Below, piece by piece: positions 26,506 to 35,878 of a stretch of 64,000 nt of DNA (position 1 is its first letter; every line of letters starts with the position of its first letter). The stretch covers positions 1 to 64,000 of the IMG/VR virus record IMGVR_UViG_3300028800_000064; one strand, given 5' to 3'. Source of the stretch: a virus. The position numbers and the translations under genes were made by a program. Under the pieces are notes generated by a model. That model had not been told where the DNA came from. It ran no database searches and saw nothing but the letters and a program-made list of their open reading frames with translations.

Positions 26506-27547
26506 GGACGTAGTGAAAAAGAACAAACCGCTTTCCGAAAAAGCGAAAGTGGATGTGGCCCTGCAGGCTTTGCGGGACAAGCGTGAAGGCAAAGAGGTGC
26601 AGATCGCTGCCCTGCGCGAGCGAGTTGTCAAACTCGAATCCGAGCTGGACACGCTGGGTAGTTACCGGCAGCTCACGCCGCAAGCTTCGGAGATTCATCC
26701 CAAATTCTCTTCCGGGACCAGCGAATCCGCTGCCGTTGCGGTGTGGTCTGACCACCACTGCGAAGAGGAAGTGAAGCCGGATCAAGTCAGCGGTAAAAAC
26801 GAGTTCAACCTGGAGGTATATGACCGCCGTTTCTCCCAGTTGGTTCACGGTACCCTGGCATGGTTGAGCATCGAACAAAAAAAGACCAGCATCAAAACAT
26901 TGGTGATCTCTCTGCTGGGCGATTACTTTAGCAATAACATCCACGCCGATCTGGCGGAAGCCAATCTTCTAGCTCCCATGGACGCGGCCTATCACGCCCA
27001 GAGCCATCTCATTGGCGGCATCGACTACATTCTTGCCAACACGCCCGATGACCTGGAGTTGCTGGTGGTGTGCCACAGCGGCAACCATGCGCGGACAACG
27101 AAAGAGCAGCGGATCGCGACCGAAGCCGGGAACTCGCTAGAGCACTATATGTACTATGTGATGCGCGATCACTATGCGAACAACCCCAGGGTCAAATTTC
27201 AAATCGCGACTGGCTATCACTCCTATGTCACGTTCTTCGACAAGTACGTGGTGAGATTTCATCACGGGCATCAGATCAACTACCAGGGCGGCGTCGGCGG
27301 GATCACCATCCCTGTCAACAAAGCTATCGCGCAGTGGAATAAAGCCCGGCCCGCGAACCTAGATGTGTTCGGACATTTTCACACGAAGTTTGACGGAGGA
27401 AATTTCATCTGCAACGGCAGCTTGATCGGATACAACGCCTATGCGGTGTCCATCAAGGCGTCTTTCGAGAAGCCGAGTCAGACGATCTTTCTCGTGAACA
27501 AAAAGTTCATGGAGAAGACGATGACGGCACCTATCTTCCTAGACTAA
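26492..27547 (+). CDS. calcineurin-like metallophosphoesterase
   Basis: SDHH, LGD, GNH, HGH, GHFH motifs. Confidence 0.85.
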   Translation: MTKIKDVVKKNKPLSEKAKVDVALQALRDKREGKEVQIAALRERVVKLESELDTLGSYRQLTPQASEIHPKFSSGTSESAAVAVWSDHHCEEEVKPDQVSGKNEFNLEVYDRRFSQLVHGTLAWLSIEQKKTSIKTLVISLLGDYFSNNIHADLAEANLLAPMDAAYHAQSHLIGGIDYILANTPDDLELLVVCHSGNHARTTKEQRIATEAGNSLEHYMYYVMRDHYANNPRVKFQIATGYHSYVTFFDKYVVRFHHGHQINYQGGVGGITIPVNKAIAQWNKARPANLDVFGHFHTKFDGGNFICNGSLIGYNAYAVSIKASFEKPSQTIFLVNKKFMEKTMTAPIFLD

Positions 27548-27562
27548 TTCGGAGGCCGGTTC

Positions 27563-28579
27563 ATGAGCAGCAGAGAAGAGAACTCCGCCAGTTTGGCGGA
27601 AGTCTTGAGCGGAATTGAAAAGCAGCATGGCAAGGGTTCGGTCATGATGTTGGGCAGCAAAGAGTTCGTGCCCATAGAAGTGATCCCCACAGGTTCTCTG
27701 GCCCTGGATATCGCTCTTGGCGTCGGCGGCCTGCCTCGCGGGCGCGTGATCGAAATCTACGGCCCAGAATCCGGCGGCAAGACAACCCTGGCGCTCCAGG
27801 TCATCGCACAAGCGCAAAAACTGGGCGGCAAAGCCGCAGTGATCGACGCCGAACACGCCCTCGATCCTATCTATGCCCGCAAGCTGGGTGTGGATGTGGA
27901 CCACCTTGTAGTCTCTCAACCCGATAACGGCGAACAAGCTCTGGAGATCGCAGAGTCTTTGGTCGAATCCGGCAAGATGAGCGTCGTTCTCATTGATTCG
28001 GTGGCGGCGCTCGTTCCACGCGCAGAGCTTGAAGGCGACATGGGTGATCCGCAGATGGGCCTGCAGGCGCGGCTCATGTCTCAGGCGCTGCGCAAGCTAA
28101 CCGGCAAGACCAATCGCACGCACACCGTTGTGATTTTCATCAACCAGATTCGCGAAAAGATCGGCGTGATGTTCGGGAGCCCCGAAACCACCACGGGCGG
28201 GCGCGCGTTGAAGTTTTATGCCTCTGTTCGGTTGGATATTCGCAAAACTCAACTCATCAAGGAAGGGGACAGCGTGGTCGGCGCGGAGACTCGGATCAAA
28301 GTTGTAAAAAACAAAGTCGCCAGCCCATTTCGTGAGGCGGAAGTGCGAATTCTCTACGGTCACGGCATCTCGGGCGAGTCCGATCTGTTGAAAGTGGGTG
28401 AGCTGTACCCCGAGAAGATTGCACAAAAGGTTATCGAGCGCAGCGGTACATGGTTTTCGTACAAGGGTGAGCGGTTGGGTCAGGGTTTCGAAAACGCTCG
28501 CTTGTTTCTAGTTAATCATCCAGAAGTGGCAGCCAAGATTGACGCCGAATTGCGGACTCTAATTTTCAAATTGAGGTGA
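27563..28579 (+). CDS. recA: RecA recombinase
   Basis: [49 protein letters not shown]. Confidence 0.98.
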   Translation: MSSREENSASLAEVLSGIEKQHGKGSVMMLGSKEFVPIEVIPTGSLALDIALGVGGLPRGRVIEIYGPESGGKTTLALQVIAQAQKLGGKAAVIDAEHALDPIYARKLGVDVDHLVVSQPDNGEQALEIAESLVESGKMSVVLIDSVAALVPRAELEGDMGDPQMGLQARLMSQALRKLTGKTNRTHTVVIFINQIREKIGVMFGSPETTTGGRALKFYASVRLDIRKTQLIKEGDSVVGAETRIKVVKNKVASPFREAEVRILYGHGISGESDLLKVGELYPEKIAQKVIERSGTWFSYKGERLGQGFENARLFLVNHPEVAAKIDAELRTLIFKLR

Positions 28580-28582
28580 TCG

Positions 28583-28939
28583 ATGTCCGAACCAACGACA
28601 GTGCTTCCTGTTAGTGCTGCAGAACGGAAGAAAATCCCGTTGGCAAGCGGGGTTCTGGATTATTTCCCCAGCGCCTTGATTGCCGTTGCCGAAGTTTCTC
28701 GGGTTGGAAACATCCAGCATAACGGCCCTGACGCCGACATGCACTGGGCTCGCGGGAAGTCCATGGATCAAGCTGATACCATCGTTCGTCACTTTCTGGA
28801 GCGCGGGAAGTTGGACGAAGACGGCGTACGCCACTCCGCGAAGTTAGCGTGGCGAGCGTTGGCCCTGTTGCAATTGGAACTCGAAGCCGAAGGTGCGCCG
28901 ATTGCGCGCGGCGCGCGGTTGCCGGAGGAAAACAAATGA
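28583..28939 (+). CDS. dATP/dGTP diphosphohydrolase domain protein (DUF5664-like)
   Basis: ALIAVAEVSRVG...W..G...IVRH...DEDGVRHSAKLAWRALALL. Confidence 0.75.
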   Translation: MSEPTTVLPVSAAERKKIPLASGVLDYFPSALIAVAEVSRVGNIQHNGPDADMHWARGKSMDQADTIVRHFLERGKLDEDGVRHSAKLAWRALALLQLELEAEGAPIARGARLPEENK

Positions 28940-29400
28940 GAGTCTTGAAGGTATACCTAGCAGCCCCGTATCAAGCGAAGGAAATCATCAAATCCCGCGC
29001 AGCGGAATTGCGCGCTGCGGGGATCGAAGTTACCTCCAGTTGGTTGAACGAGCCACACAAACCAACCACCCAGATGCATGAATTGACGCCTGCGGAACAC
29101 CAAGCCTATGCAGAACAAGATGTGAAAGACGTGTTGGCTGCGGACATTTTGGTCTTCCAGACCGATATCACCAAAACAATCATTCGCGCAGGACGGCATG
29201 TGGAATTCGGGATCGCCCTGGGTATCGGTCTTGTGCGGCCCTTCCCCATTTTCGTAGTAGGCCAAGAACGGGAAAACATCTTTCACCATATGCCGCAGGT
29301 TTCTCATTTCGATAACTGGGAGGCTGTTGCAACTCGGCTCAAATCTCTCGCCGCAGTGGCCACTGTACTCAACGATCCGTTGGGGCTTACCCGCTCCTAA
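28936..29400 (+). CDS. nucleoside 2-deoxyribosyltransferase / dNMP N-hydrolase superfamily
   Basis: VYLAAPY, QDVKDVLAADILV, GRHVEFGIALG. Confidence 0.8.
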   Translation: MRVLKVYLAAPYQAKEIIKSRAAELRAAGIEVTSSWLNEPHKPTTQMHELTPAEHQAYAEQDVKDVLAADILVFQTDITKTIIRAGRHVEFGIALGIGLVRPFPIFVVGQERENIFHHMPQVSHFDNWEAVATRLKSLAAVATVLNDPLGLTRS

Positions 29401-29402
29401 TC

Positions 29403-31724
29403 GTGGCATACCAGTATCTATTTGTGGACTACGAAGCCTTCTCCCTTGTGGACTTAAAGGAAGTGGGTTTCGATAACTATGTGCATGACCCATCCACGGG
29501 TATTTCCATGCTGGGATGGGCACTCGATCACGAGGATGTAGAAATCTGGCTACCGCACGAGGGTCCCCCGCCCCAGAAGTTGATCGACGCTTTCCGCGAT
29601 CCTAAAATCATCAAGGTGGCTTGGAACGCTCGATTCGAGTGCGATGTCACGAATGTCATCATGGGTCCCCGATACGTGGCGGGCGGCCTGTTCGCGCCCA
29701 TCACCGAATACCGCGACCCCATCGTGCTCGCCCGTAATCTTTCATTGCCCGGCAAACTAGAAGATGTCGGGGCCATTTTGAAGATGCGGGAACAGAAGGA
29801 CCCGCGCGGTGATGAATTGAAAGAGATGTTTTGTATGCCGGTCAGCAAGGGTGGCGAGCTGACCTTGTTTGGGATCGCACCGCCGCTTTTTCGAAACCAC
29901 GTCAGCCATCCGAAAGAGTTTGCGGAGTACATCGCCTATTGCAAACAGGATATACGCACGGAGCGGGATTTGTGGTACCGCATGCTGAAGGTGCCGTTTC
30001 CCGAAGAGCAGTGGCGGGGCTGGCTCCTGGATCAAAAGATCAACTCCTTTGGCATGCCTGGGCGGCGCGATCTGGCCGAGAAGGGCCTGCGGCTGGCTCT
30101 TCGGTTCATCCATGACCAACGCAAGCTTCTAAAAGAGAAAACGGGCCTGGAAAATCCCAACTCCGATCCCCAAATGAAAGAGTGGGTGACGGCGCGCGGG
30201 TATCCGTGGAATTCGCTTCGCGCGCCAACGGTGCAGGCCGAGCTGAAGAAAGAAAACTCGACCCTCACGCCAGAGTGCCGAGAAGCCTTGAAAATTCGGG
30301 CATCCGCGCGCAAGTCTTCCTACACGAAGATCGAAAAATTTCTGAGCTTGCTTTCGCTTGACGACAGGCTAAGACACCAGTTTCGTTACATGGGGGCGGC
30401 GCGCACAGGCCGGTGGGCCAGCGGCGGCGGCGAAGAGTCATCCGTTCAGGTTCAGAACCTGCCGCGCGGCGAGAAAGCGGTCAAGAAAAAACTGATGTTC
30501 GCGCTGGAGCTGCTGGATCGCGAGGATTACGACGGGATTGTTCGGGAATTTACAAATACCGCGAATCCAAAGGACTCGATCACGGTGGTGGAGTTCGTCA
30601 TCACCTTGCTGCGGTCGCTGTTTCAAGCGAAGCCGGGAAAGAAAATCATCGTCGCCGACAAAAACGCCATCGAAAATCGGATGCTGGGGTGGGCTGCAGG
30701 CTGCAACGCCATTCTGGATGTCTTCCGCACCTGCAATGACTGCGGTTATTTCGTGTTCGACCTCGTCGGACAGTTTTTCTGTCCGAAGTGCGGAGGCCAT
30801 AAGAGCCGTTGTCCCTATCTTGCGTTCGGCACGCATTTGTATAGCAAATCGTACGAACAGATGTGGGCGACCTATTCAAAGGGCAACGAAGAGGAGCGGC
30901 AGAACTCGAAACCGCCGGTGCTGGGCGGAGGTTACGGCTTGGGGGGCGGCGAACTATACATCAACGAGTATGGCGACGAGGTGCGCGGCGGTCTATGGGG
31001 ATACGCGCTGACCGTCTGCGGTGTGGATATGCCGAAACAACTGGCCCATGCCGCCGTGGACGTTCTCCGCCACGCCTGGCCGGAAGTTGTCCAGCTCTGG
31101 GTCGATTTGGAAGAGGCGTTCAAACAGGTGCTGAAGCGCGGCGGCATCATCAAAGTTGGAGAAGTCACCTGGAATAAAGAGCAGCACGAGTGGTTGGAGC
31201 ACCCAACCAAAGGCAAGCAGTGTGTTATCACTTTCCGGCGCATCAAAATGGAAGGCGGCGGCTACCTCATCCGCATGGAGCTGCCTTCAGGTCGAGCACT
31301 GCATTATCTCAACGCTACTATCGAGGATGAGCCTAAAACCAGCAAAAAGACGGGAAGACAGTACACCGTTCATACGATCTACTACGACGGTATTGAGCAT
31401 AGTGCTACGCAAGATGCGACGGGCAAGAATATCAAAAAGCGGCTCAAATGGGGTCGGGTTAAGACCTACGGCGGCAAGCTGTGTGAGAACGCAATTCAGG
31501 CGATGTCGCGCGACGATCTGCTGAATAGCATGTTCTTGGCCGACGATATGGGTTTCGATATGTGGGGCCTGTTTCACGACGAGATCGCGGCGGAGGTGGA
31601 CGATTCTCTGTTCGGGCTGCGGCTTGAAGATTTGATCTGGTGTATGAGTCAGGTGCCGGTCTGGGCTCCTGGCCTGTTGCTGGGCGCGGAAGGATACGAA
31701 AGCAGCGTGTACAAGAAAGGGTGA
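29403..31724 (+). CDS. family A DNA polymerase with 3'-5' exonuclease
   Basis: Exo I DYE, AWNARFE, YCKQD; ARTGRWAS, VQNLP, motif A ADKNAIENR, motif B RQNSKPPVLGGGYG, motif C HDEI. Confidence 0.93.
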   Translation: MAYQYLFVDYEAFSLVDLKEVGFDNYVHDPSTGISMLGWALDHEDVEIWLPHEGPPPQKLIDAFRDPKIIKVAWNARFECDVTNVIMGPRYVAGGLFAPITEYRDPIVLARNLSLPGKLEDVGAILKMREQKDPRGDELKEMFCMPVSKGGELTLFGIAPPLFRNHVSHPKEFAEYIAYCKQDIRTERDLWYRMLKVPFPEEQWRGWLLDQKINSFGMPGRRDLAEKGLRLALRFIHDQRKLLKEKTGLENPNSDPQMKEWVTARGYPWNSLRAPTVQAELKKENSTLTPECREALKIRASARKSSYTKIEKFLSLLSLDDRLRHQFRYMGAARTGRWASGGGEESSVQVQNLPRGEKAVKKKLMFALELLDREDYDGIVREFTNTANPKDSITVVEFVITLLRSLFQAKPGKKIIVADKNAIENRMLGWAAGCNAILDVFRTCNDCGYFVFDLVGQFFCPKCGGHKSRCPYLAFGTHLYSKSYEQMWATYSKGNEEERQNSKPPVLGGGYGLGGGELYINEYGDEVRGGLWGYALTVCGVDMPKQLAHAAVDVLRHAWPEVVQLWVDLEEAFKQVLKRGGIIKVGEVTWNKEQHEWLEHPTKGKQCVITFRRIKMEGGGYLIRMELPSGRALHYLNATIEDEPKTSKKTGRQYTVHTIYYDGIEHSATQDATGKNIKKRLKWGRVKTYGGKLCENAIQAMSRDDLLNSMFLADDMGFDMWGLFHDEIAAEVDDSLFGLRLEDLIWCMSQVPVWAPGLLLGAEGYESSVYKKG

Positions 31725-31727
31725 ACC

Positions 31728-31985
31728 ATGGCATGGTCCCAGGAAGAGAATGAGAAAAGGCGGTTGGAACTGGAACGCCGAGAAGCCGAGGTGGCGGCCC
31801 AAGTGGACGGTCACTATTGTGCCGATTGGGATGAAATGGCGGTCAGTGCCTGGACGCTAGAATATGACTGCTGCATTTGCTACAAAAAATCGCTTTTGGG
31901 CCGGGTTATCAATTGGTTTGTGAAGGCCCGGTATGACTTCTACTACCGTTGGAAAATTCGCCGCCGTCGTGACGAAAACTCTTGA
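31728..31985 (+). CDS. hypothetical protein
   Basis: Coupled ORF; HYCADWD...EYDCC. Confidence 0.6.
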   Translation: MAWSQEENEKRRLELERREAEVAAQVDGHYCADWDEMAVSAWTLEYDCCICYKKSLLGRVINWFVKARYDFYYRWKIRRRRDENS

Positions 31986-32010
31986 CTTAGTACCAGTACT
32001 TTGGTACTAT
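31982..32010 (+). promoter_or_regulatory. sigma70-type promoter with overlapping inverted repeat
   Basis: TTGACT-N17-TACTAT; TAGTACCA-N6-TGGTACTA. Confidence 0.75.
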
Positions 32011-32275
32011 TGCAAAAGGGAGCGAAATGCAACTTCTACCTGAGCTTCGAGAAGCTGTCGCAAGAAATGGCGCAATCTGGGAAGGTGTTCAGGAGAGTCT
32101 TCCTCCAGCTCTTCCGGACGTTTGCTTCATTAACCCAACCACGGGTCACAGACTCTCGGTCCCGTTCAACCCTATTAGTGTTGAACCTCTGCTGTTGGCT
32201 GCACAAATTTCTTACGTGTTGACGCTGGATACTGGCAAGACGCCCGATACCTGTGAACCTAGCAAGGAGAAAACC

Positions 32276-33274
32276 ATGACGTTGCGAGAGAAACTGCACA
32301 AAGTGTACACCGCTGTCGATCTCATCGAAAAGCGCGGCTACAACAAGGCGCAGTCCTACAAGTACATCCGATCCGCCGATGTGACCAATGCGATCCGCAA
32401 GCAACTGATAGAGCTAGGCATCTACGCGGAGATCAACTATGACTTCGTGGGCACTCCATACACCATTGCGCGGGCAAGGGAAAAGGACGCGCCATTCACT
32501 GCCGTCAACGTGCGCTGCACGATTGTGTTTCACGATCTGGAGATGCACGAGACGATCACCAGCAGCGGCCTGGGCACTGGGGCCGATACGGGCGACAAGG
32601 CGGCATACAAGGCCCAGACAGGCGCGTTGAAATACGCCCTAAAGAACGCCTTTCTCGTGCCCGATGAGGCTGATCCCGAGGCGGATGAGTCCGTGGACGA
32701 GGGGTACAATGCCCATCCAGCCGTTCAGGATGAGATTCCAGACTTCCAGGATGCCCGCCACGCGGCTCCACGGGCCAACGCCGCCCCAAAAGCCAAGAGT
32801 GCGCCAGCAGCTCGCCCAGAAGCCCCGCTGCCCCAAGCCAGCCCGTTTCAAGACGTGCCCTTGGGTACCGCAGCACCCTCTACCGCCTCGCAGGATGGCA
32901 CGAGCCCTGCCCCGGCTGCGGAGGCCCCCGAGACGACTTCGGTTGCGCCGACTGCGGTTCGTGAACCTGGGGACGAACCTGCTGATGATCGACTGCCCAC
33001 GGAAGAGGAGATGGCGATCTATCGCAAGGAGTTTACCAAGCTTGCCGACGATCTTTCGACCGAAGGCAAACTGAAATCAGGCAAGTCTCTGCCGATCAAC
33101 CGGAAACTGATGGTGTTCCTACTAAGCGTCACTGGGTCCACCGCCCCCAAAGATATCACCAAAGCCGGGTGGGATAAATTTTTCCAGAAAGTGAACACTA
33201 CGAAAGCCCAAAAGGATTTGGTGTATCTCGCAGAGAAGGTGAACGAAGCCAACGGGATTGAAGCCAAGAAATAA
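32276..33274 (+). CDS. ERF-family ssDNA annealing protein (in-frame upstream start at 32027 also possible)
   Basis: GYNKAQSYKY, GADTGDKAAYKAQTGALKYAL; AAGGAG RBS. Confidence 0.85.
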   Translation: MTLREKLHKVYTAVDLIEKRGYNKAQSYKYIRSADVTNAIRKQLIELGIYAEINYDFVGTPYTIARAREKDAPFTAVNVRCTIVFHDLEMHETITSSGLGTGADTGDKAAYKAQTGALKYALKNAFLVPDEADPEADESVDEGYNAHPAVQDEIPDFQDARHAAPRANAAPKAKSAPAARPEAPLPQASPFQDVPLGTAAPSTASQDGTSPAPAAEAPETTSVAPTAVREPGDEPADDRLPTEEEMAIYRKEFTKLADDLSTEGKLKSGKSLPINRKLMVFLLSVTGSTAPKDITKAGWDKFFQKVNTTKAQKDLVYLAEKVNEANGIEAKK

Positions 33275-33283
33275 CCAGGAGGC

Positions 33284-33589
33284 ATGGTCATTATGACACG
33301 CAATGAGGTGTACCAAATCATCGACGTAGAGCGAAACTATCAAAATGATAAGTACCCGGCCAGTGTAGAACTCAGCAGTGGCCAAATGCGGCGGTTTCGC
33401 GATTTGGATGTGACTCCTGGCATTCTGCTGCTGGACGCATATGTTCGCAAAGCACAGGACGCTTGGGTGGAGTCGGCATCCTCCAACTTAAAGGCTTTAC
33501 AGCAGGTTGCCAAGGTGGCAGCTATCGCAGTACGCATTTTGGAACGGGCGGGCGGTAGTGAGGAGTTGTTGACCAAAGGTTTGCGGTAA
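33284..33589 (+). CDS. hypothetical protein, MazG-like helical fold possible
   Basis: ERNYQNDKY...KVAAIAVRILE; the acidic EExxE motif is not evident. Confidence 0.45.
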   Translation: MVIMTRNEVYQIIDVERNYQNDKYPASVELSSGQMRRFRDLDVTPGILLLDAYVRKAQDAWVESASSNLKALQQVAKVAAIAVRILERAGGSEELLTKGLR

Positions 33590-33632
33590 GATACGACCCG
33601 AAAGGGTAAACTCAAAAACAGGATGGTGTAGC

Positions 33633-34082
33633 ATGTCTTCAGTGAACAAAGCTATTTTGGTGGGCAGGCTCGGCAAGGACCCAGAAGCGCGGTATACACA
33701 GGGCGGCGCAGCTGTCGCCAATTTCAGTCTCGCGACCGACGAATCATACAAGGACGCTTCTGGCGAGAGGCAGAAGAAAACCGAATGGCACAACATCGTC
33801 GTGTGGGGACCCTCTGTCGATAAGTTCGTAGTACCGTATCTGCACAAGGGCGACCTGGTTTACATTGAAGGCAAGCTCCAGACCCGTTCGTGGGATGACA
33901 AGGGAGGAAACAAGCGGTACACCACGGAAATCAACGTCACCGAGATCAAGAGCCTCTCGACCGGCGACAAAAATTCCAGTGGCACCCCTGCCGCGCGGCA
34001 GGGACAGGCCAATACAAAACCCGCAGCTGCCGCTCCCGCCGGGCGCAGCGCAGAAGTATCTGACGAAGACCTTCCGTTCTAA
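33633..34082 (+). CDS. ssb: single-stranded DNA-binding protein
   Basis: VNKAILVGRLGKDPE, TEWHNIV, IEGKLQTRSW, C-terminal DLPF. Confidence 0.97.
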   Translation: MSSVNKAILVGRLGKDPEARYTQGGAAVANFSLATDESYKDASGERQKKTEWHNIVVWGPSVDKFVVPYLHKGDLVYIEGKLQTRSWDDKGGNKRYTTEINVTEIKSLSTGDKNSSGTPAARQGQANTKPAAAAPAGRSAEVSDEDLPF

Positions 34083-34097
34083 CAGGAGACACCTAGA

Positions 34098-34268
34098 ATG
34101 GTTGCAAAGATTTTCACCCTTGTCTGGTCTGGACTGTGGCAGGGGTTCGGCGTAGAGTTGTCTTTCCTGGTGCTCTGGGTCTTCTGGCACTTCCTGCACA
34201 GCAGGATGGCGCACAAGTTTGATCCGGAGCATCTCTTTCATCGCATTCACGACTACTTCACCCAGTGA
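34098..34268 (+). CDS. small His-rich membrane protein (56 aa), absent from ORF track
   Basis: AGGAG RBS; MVAKIFTLVWSGLWQGFGVELSFLVLWVFWHFLH..., read by hand. Confidence 0.6.
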   Translation: MVAKIFTLVWSGLWQGFGVELSFLVLWVFWHFLHSRMAHKFDPEHLFHRIHDYFTQ

Positions 34269-34275
34269 GGCTCTT

Positions 34276-35871
34276 GTGGCTGAAATCGAGCTGAACCCAG
34301 ACCAGCAGGCGGTTATCGCCGACTATCGGGGAGCGCGATCCGTCGTGGCAGGGCCGGGTAGTGGAAAAACGGCCACCATGGTACGGCTGATCCGCAAGTT
34401 GCTGGACGCGGGGGTTCCGGCTTCGGAAATTCGAGCCGTCACCTTCTCGAAAGAGATGGCGCAGACGCTGGAGAAGCGCGTCGGGGTGAAAGGTGTGGTG
34501 TCTACTTTTCACAGCTTGGGGTATCTGATCTGTTCCGAGACGGAGCGCAAACCTGTCGAGCCTGAGCTGCGGCATCGGTTGATGTCGAAACTGGTGCGCA
34601 AGTGGAATTTGGAGTACAAAGAGCTGGACAGCTTCATTGCCACCATGCGGCGGCAAAACGTCGGCCCAGATGAGGCAATAGAAGCGAGTGAGACTGGCGA
34701 TCTTCCCCATGCTCTTGCTTATGCTTTCGGCGAGTACGAACAGGTGCGAGCGCAAGAGGGGTGGATGGACTTTGACAGCATGCTTCGCGATTCTGTAGAT
34801 TTGCTGGAGCGCAATTTGCAGGCGCGGGCGCGGTGGCAACCACAATACTTGATTGTAGACGAGGCCCAGGATACGGACGATCTGCAGTGGCGCATGATGC
34901 AACTGATGTCGGAGAAACACGGCAACATCACGGTCGTGGGCGATCCCAACCAAGCGATCTACGGGTTTCGCGGAGCCAAGCCTGACAACATTACCAATTT
35001 TCAACAGTGGTTCCCCTCGGGACGAAAGTTCTATCTCGGGCAGAACTATAGAAGCACGCAAACCATCGTAAACTTCGTGCGCGAGAATGCTCCGGAGGAT
35101 ACGCCGGTTGAGTTGCTGAACCGGATGCGCGCGGCGCGGGAAATCAAAGGATCGCCTATCGGCCTGAAGATGTACTGGTCAGAGGAAGCTGAAGCCGAGT
35201 CGGCGCTCAAACTGGCGCAAAAAGACCCGCTCAATAGTGTCATTCTTGCCCGTACGAATCGCACTGTAGGGTTGCTGGAGCGGCTTTGTAATCGGTACCA
35301 CATTCGATATCATCTGTTGGGGAAGTCTGGTTTTTGGAAGCAAAACGAAATTCGCAAAGCTGTTGAGGCGTTGAAGCAGTATCCGATGATTTCTATAGAC
35401 GCTGGTTTCAATCTCACGCTGCCGGGGATCGAATCGAAATACGCGGTCGAGGACCGCACGGATCGAGACAACGACGCTCTCGAAAATCTCAAGGTTCTGC
35501 GCTTGATTGGAAAAGATTTTCGCATGGCGAAAGAGTTCGTGGTCTACGCCAACAAAATGATCCATCGACGCAATGACCCGCGAGGCGTGTCGATCTCAAC
35601 CGTTCACCAGGCCAAGGGCGGCGAATGGCGTTCGGTATATCTTCTCGGGGCCAGCGCCAAAGGTTTTCCGCATCCAAAGGGCGATCCCAAGGAGGAGAAA
35701 CGCATCTATTTCGTGGCGGTAAGCCGGGCGATAGACACCCTGCGCATTTCGTTTGCAGGAACCCCGTCGTTATACTTGCGACGGTATTTGACGAACGAGA
35801 TCATGGACAAGCTGCGCGATCATGCAACAGAAGTGGACCGGCTACAAGAACAAACACAACTTTTTTCGTGA
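34276..35871 (+). CDS. UvrD/Rep-like SF1 helicase
   Basis: AGPGSGKT, DEAQD, VGDPNQAIYGFRGA, NYRS, STVHQAKG, YFVAVSRA. Confidence 0.95.
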   Translation: MAEIELNPDQQAVIADYRGARSVVAGPGSGKTATMVRLIRKLLDAGVPASEIRAVTFSKEMAQTLEKRVGVKGVVSTFHSLGYLICSETERKPVEPELRHRLMSKLVRKWNLEYKELDSFIATMRRQNVGPDEAIEASETGDLPHALAYAFGEYEQVRAQEGWMDFDSMLRDSVDLLERNLQARARWQPQYLIVDEAQDTDDLQWRMMQLMSEKHGNITVVGDPNQAIYGFRGAKPDNITNFQQWFPSGRKFYLGQNYRSTQTIVNFVRENAPEDTPVELLNRMRAAREIKGSPIGLKMYWSEEAEAESALKLAQKDPLNSVILARTNRTVGLLERLCNRYHIRYHLLGKSGFWKQNEIRKAVEALKQYPMISIDAGFNLTLPGIESKYAVEDRTDRDNDALENLKVLRLIGKDFRMAKEFVVYANKMIHRRNDPRGVSISTVHQAKGGEWRSVYLLGASAKGFPHPKGDPKEEKRIYFVAVSRAIDTLRISFAGTPSLYLRRYLTNEIMDKLRDHATEVDRLQEQTQLFS

Positions 35872-35878
35872 GGTTAAA

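Noticed and set aside
28583-31724. Firm call of a Z-base or deazaguanine genome
   Set aside because: No PurZ, DpdA or Que enzymes are recognisable in this window.
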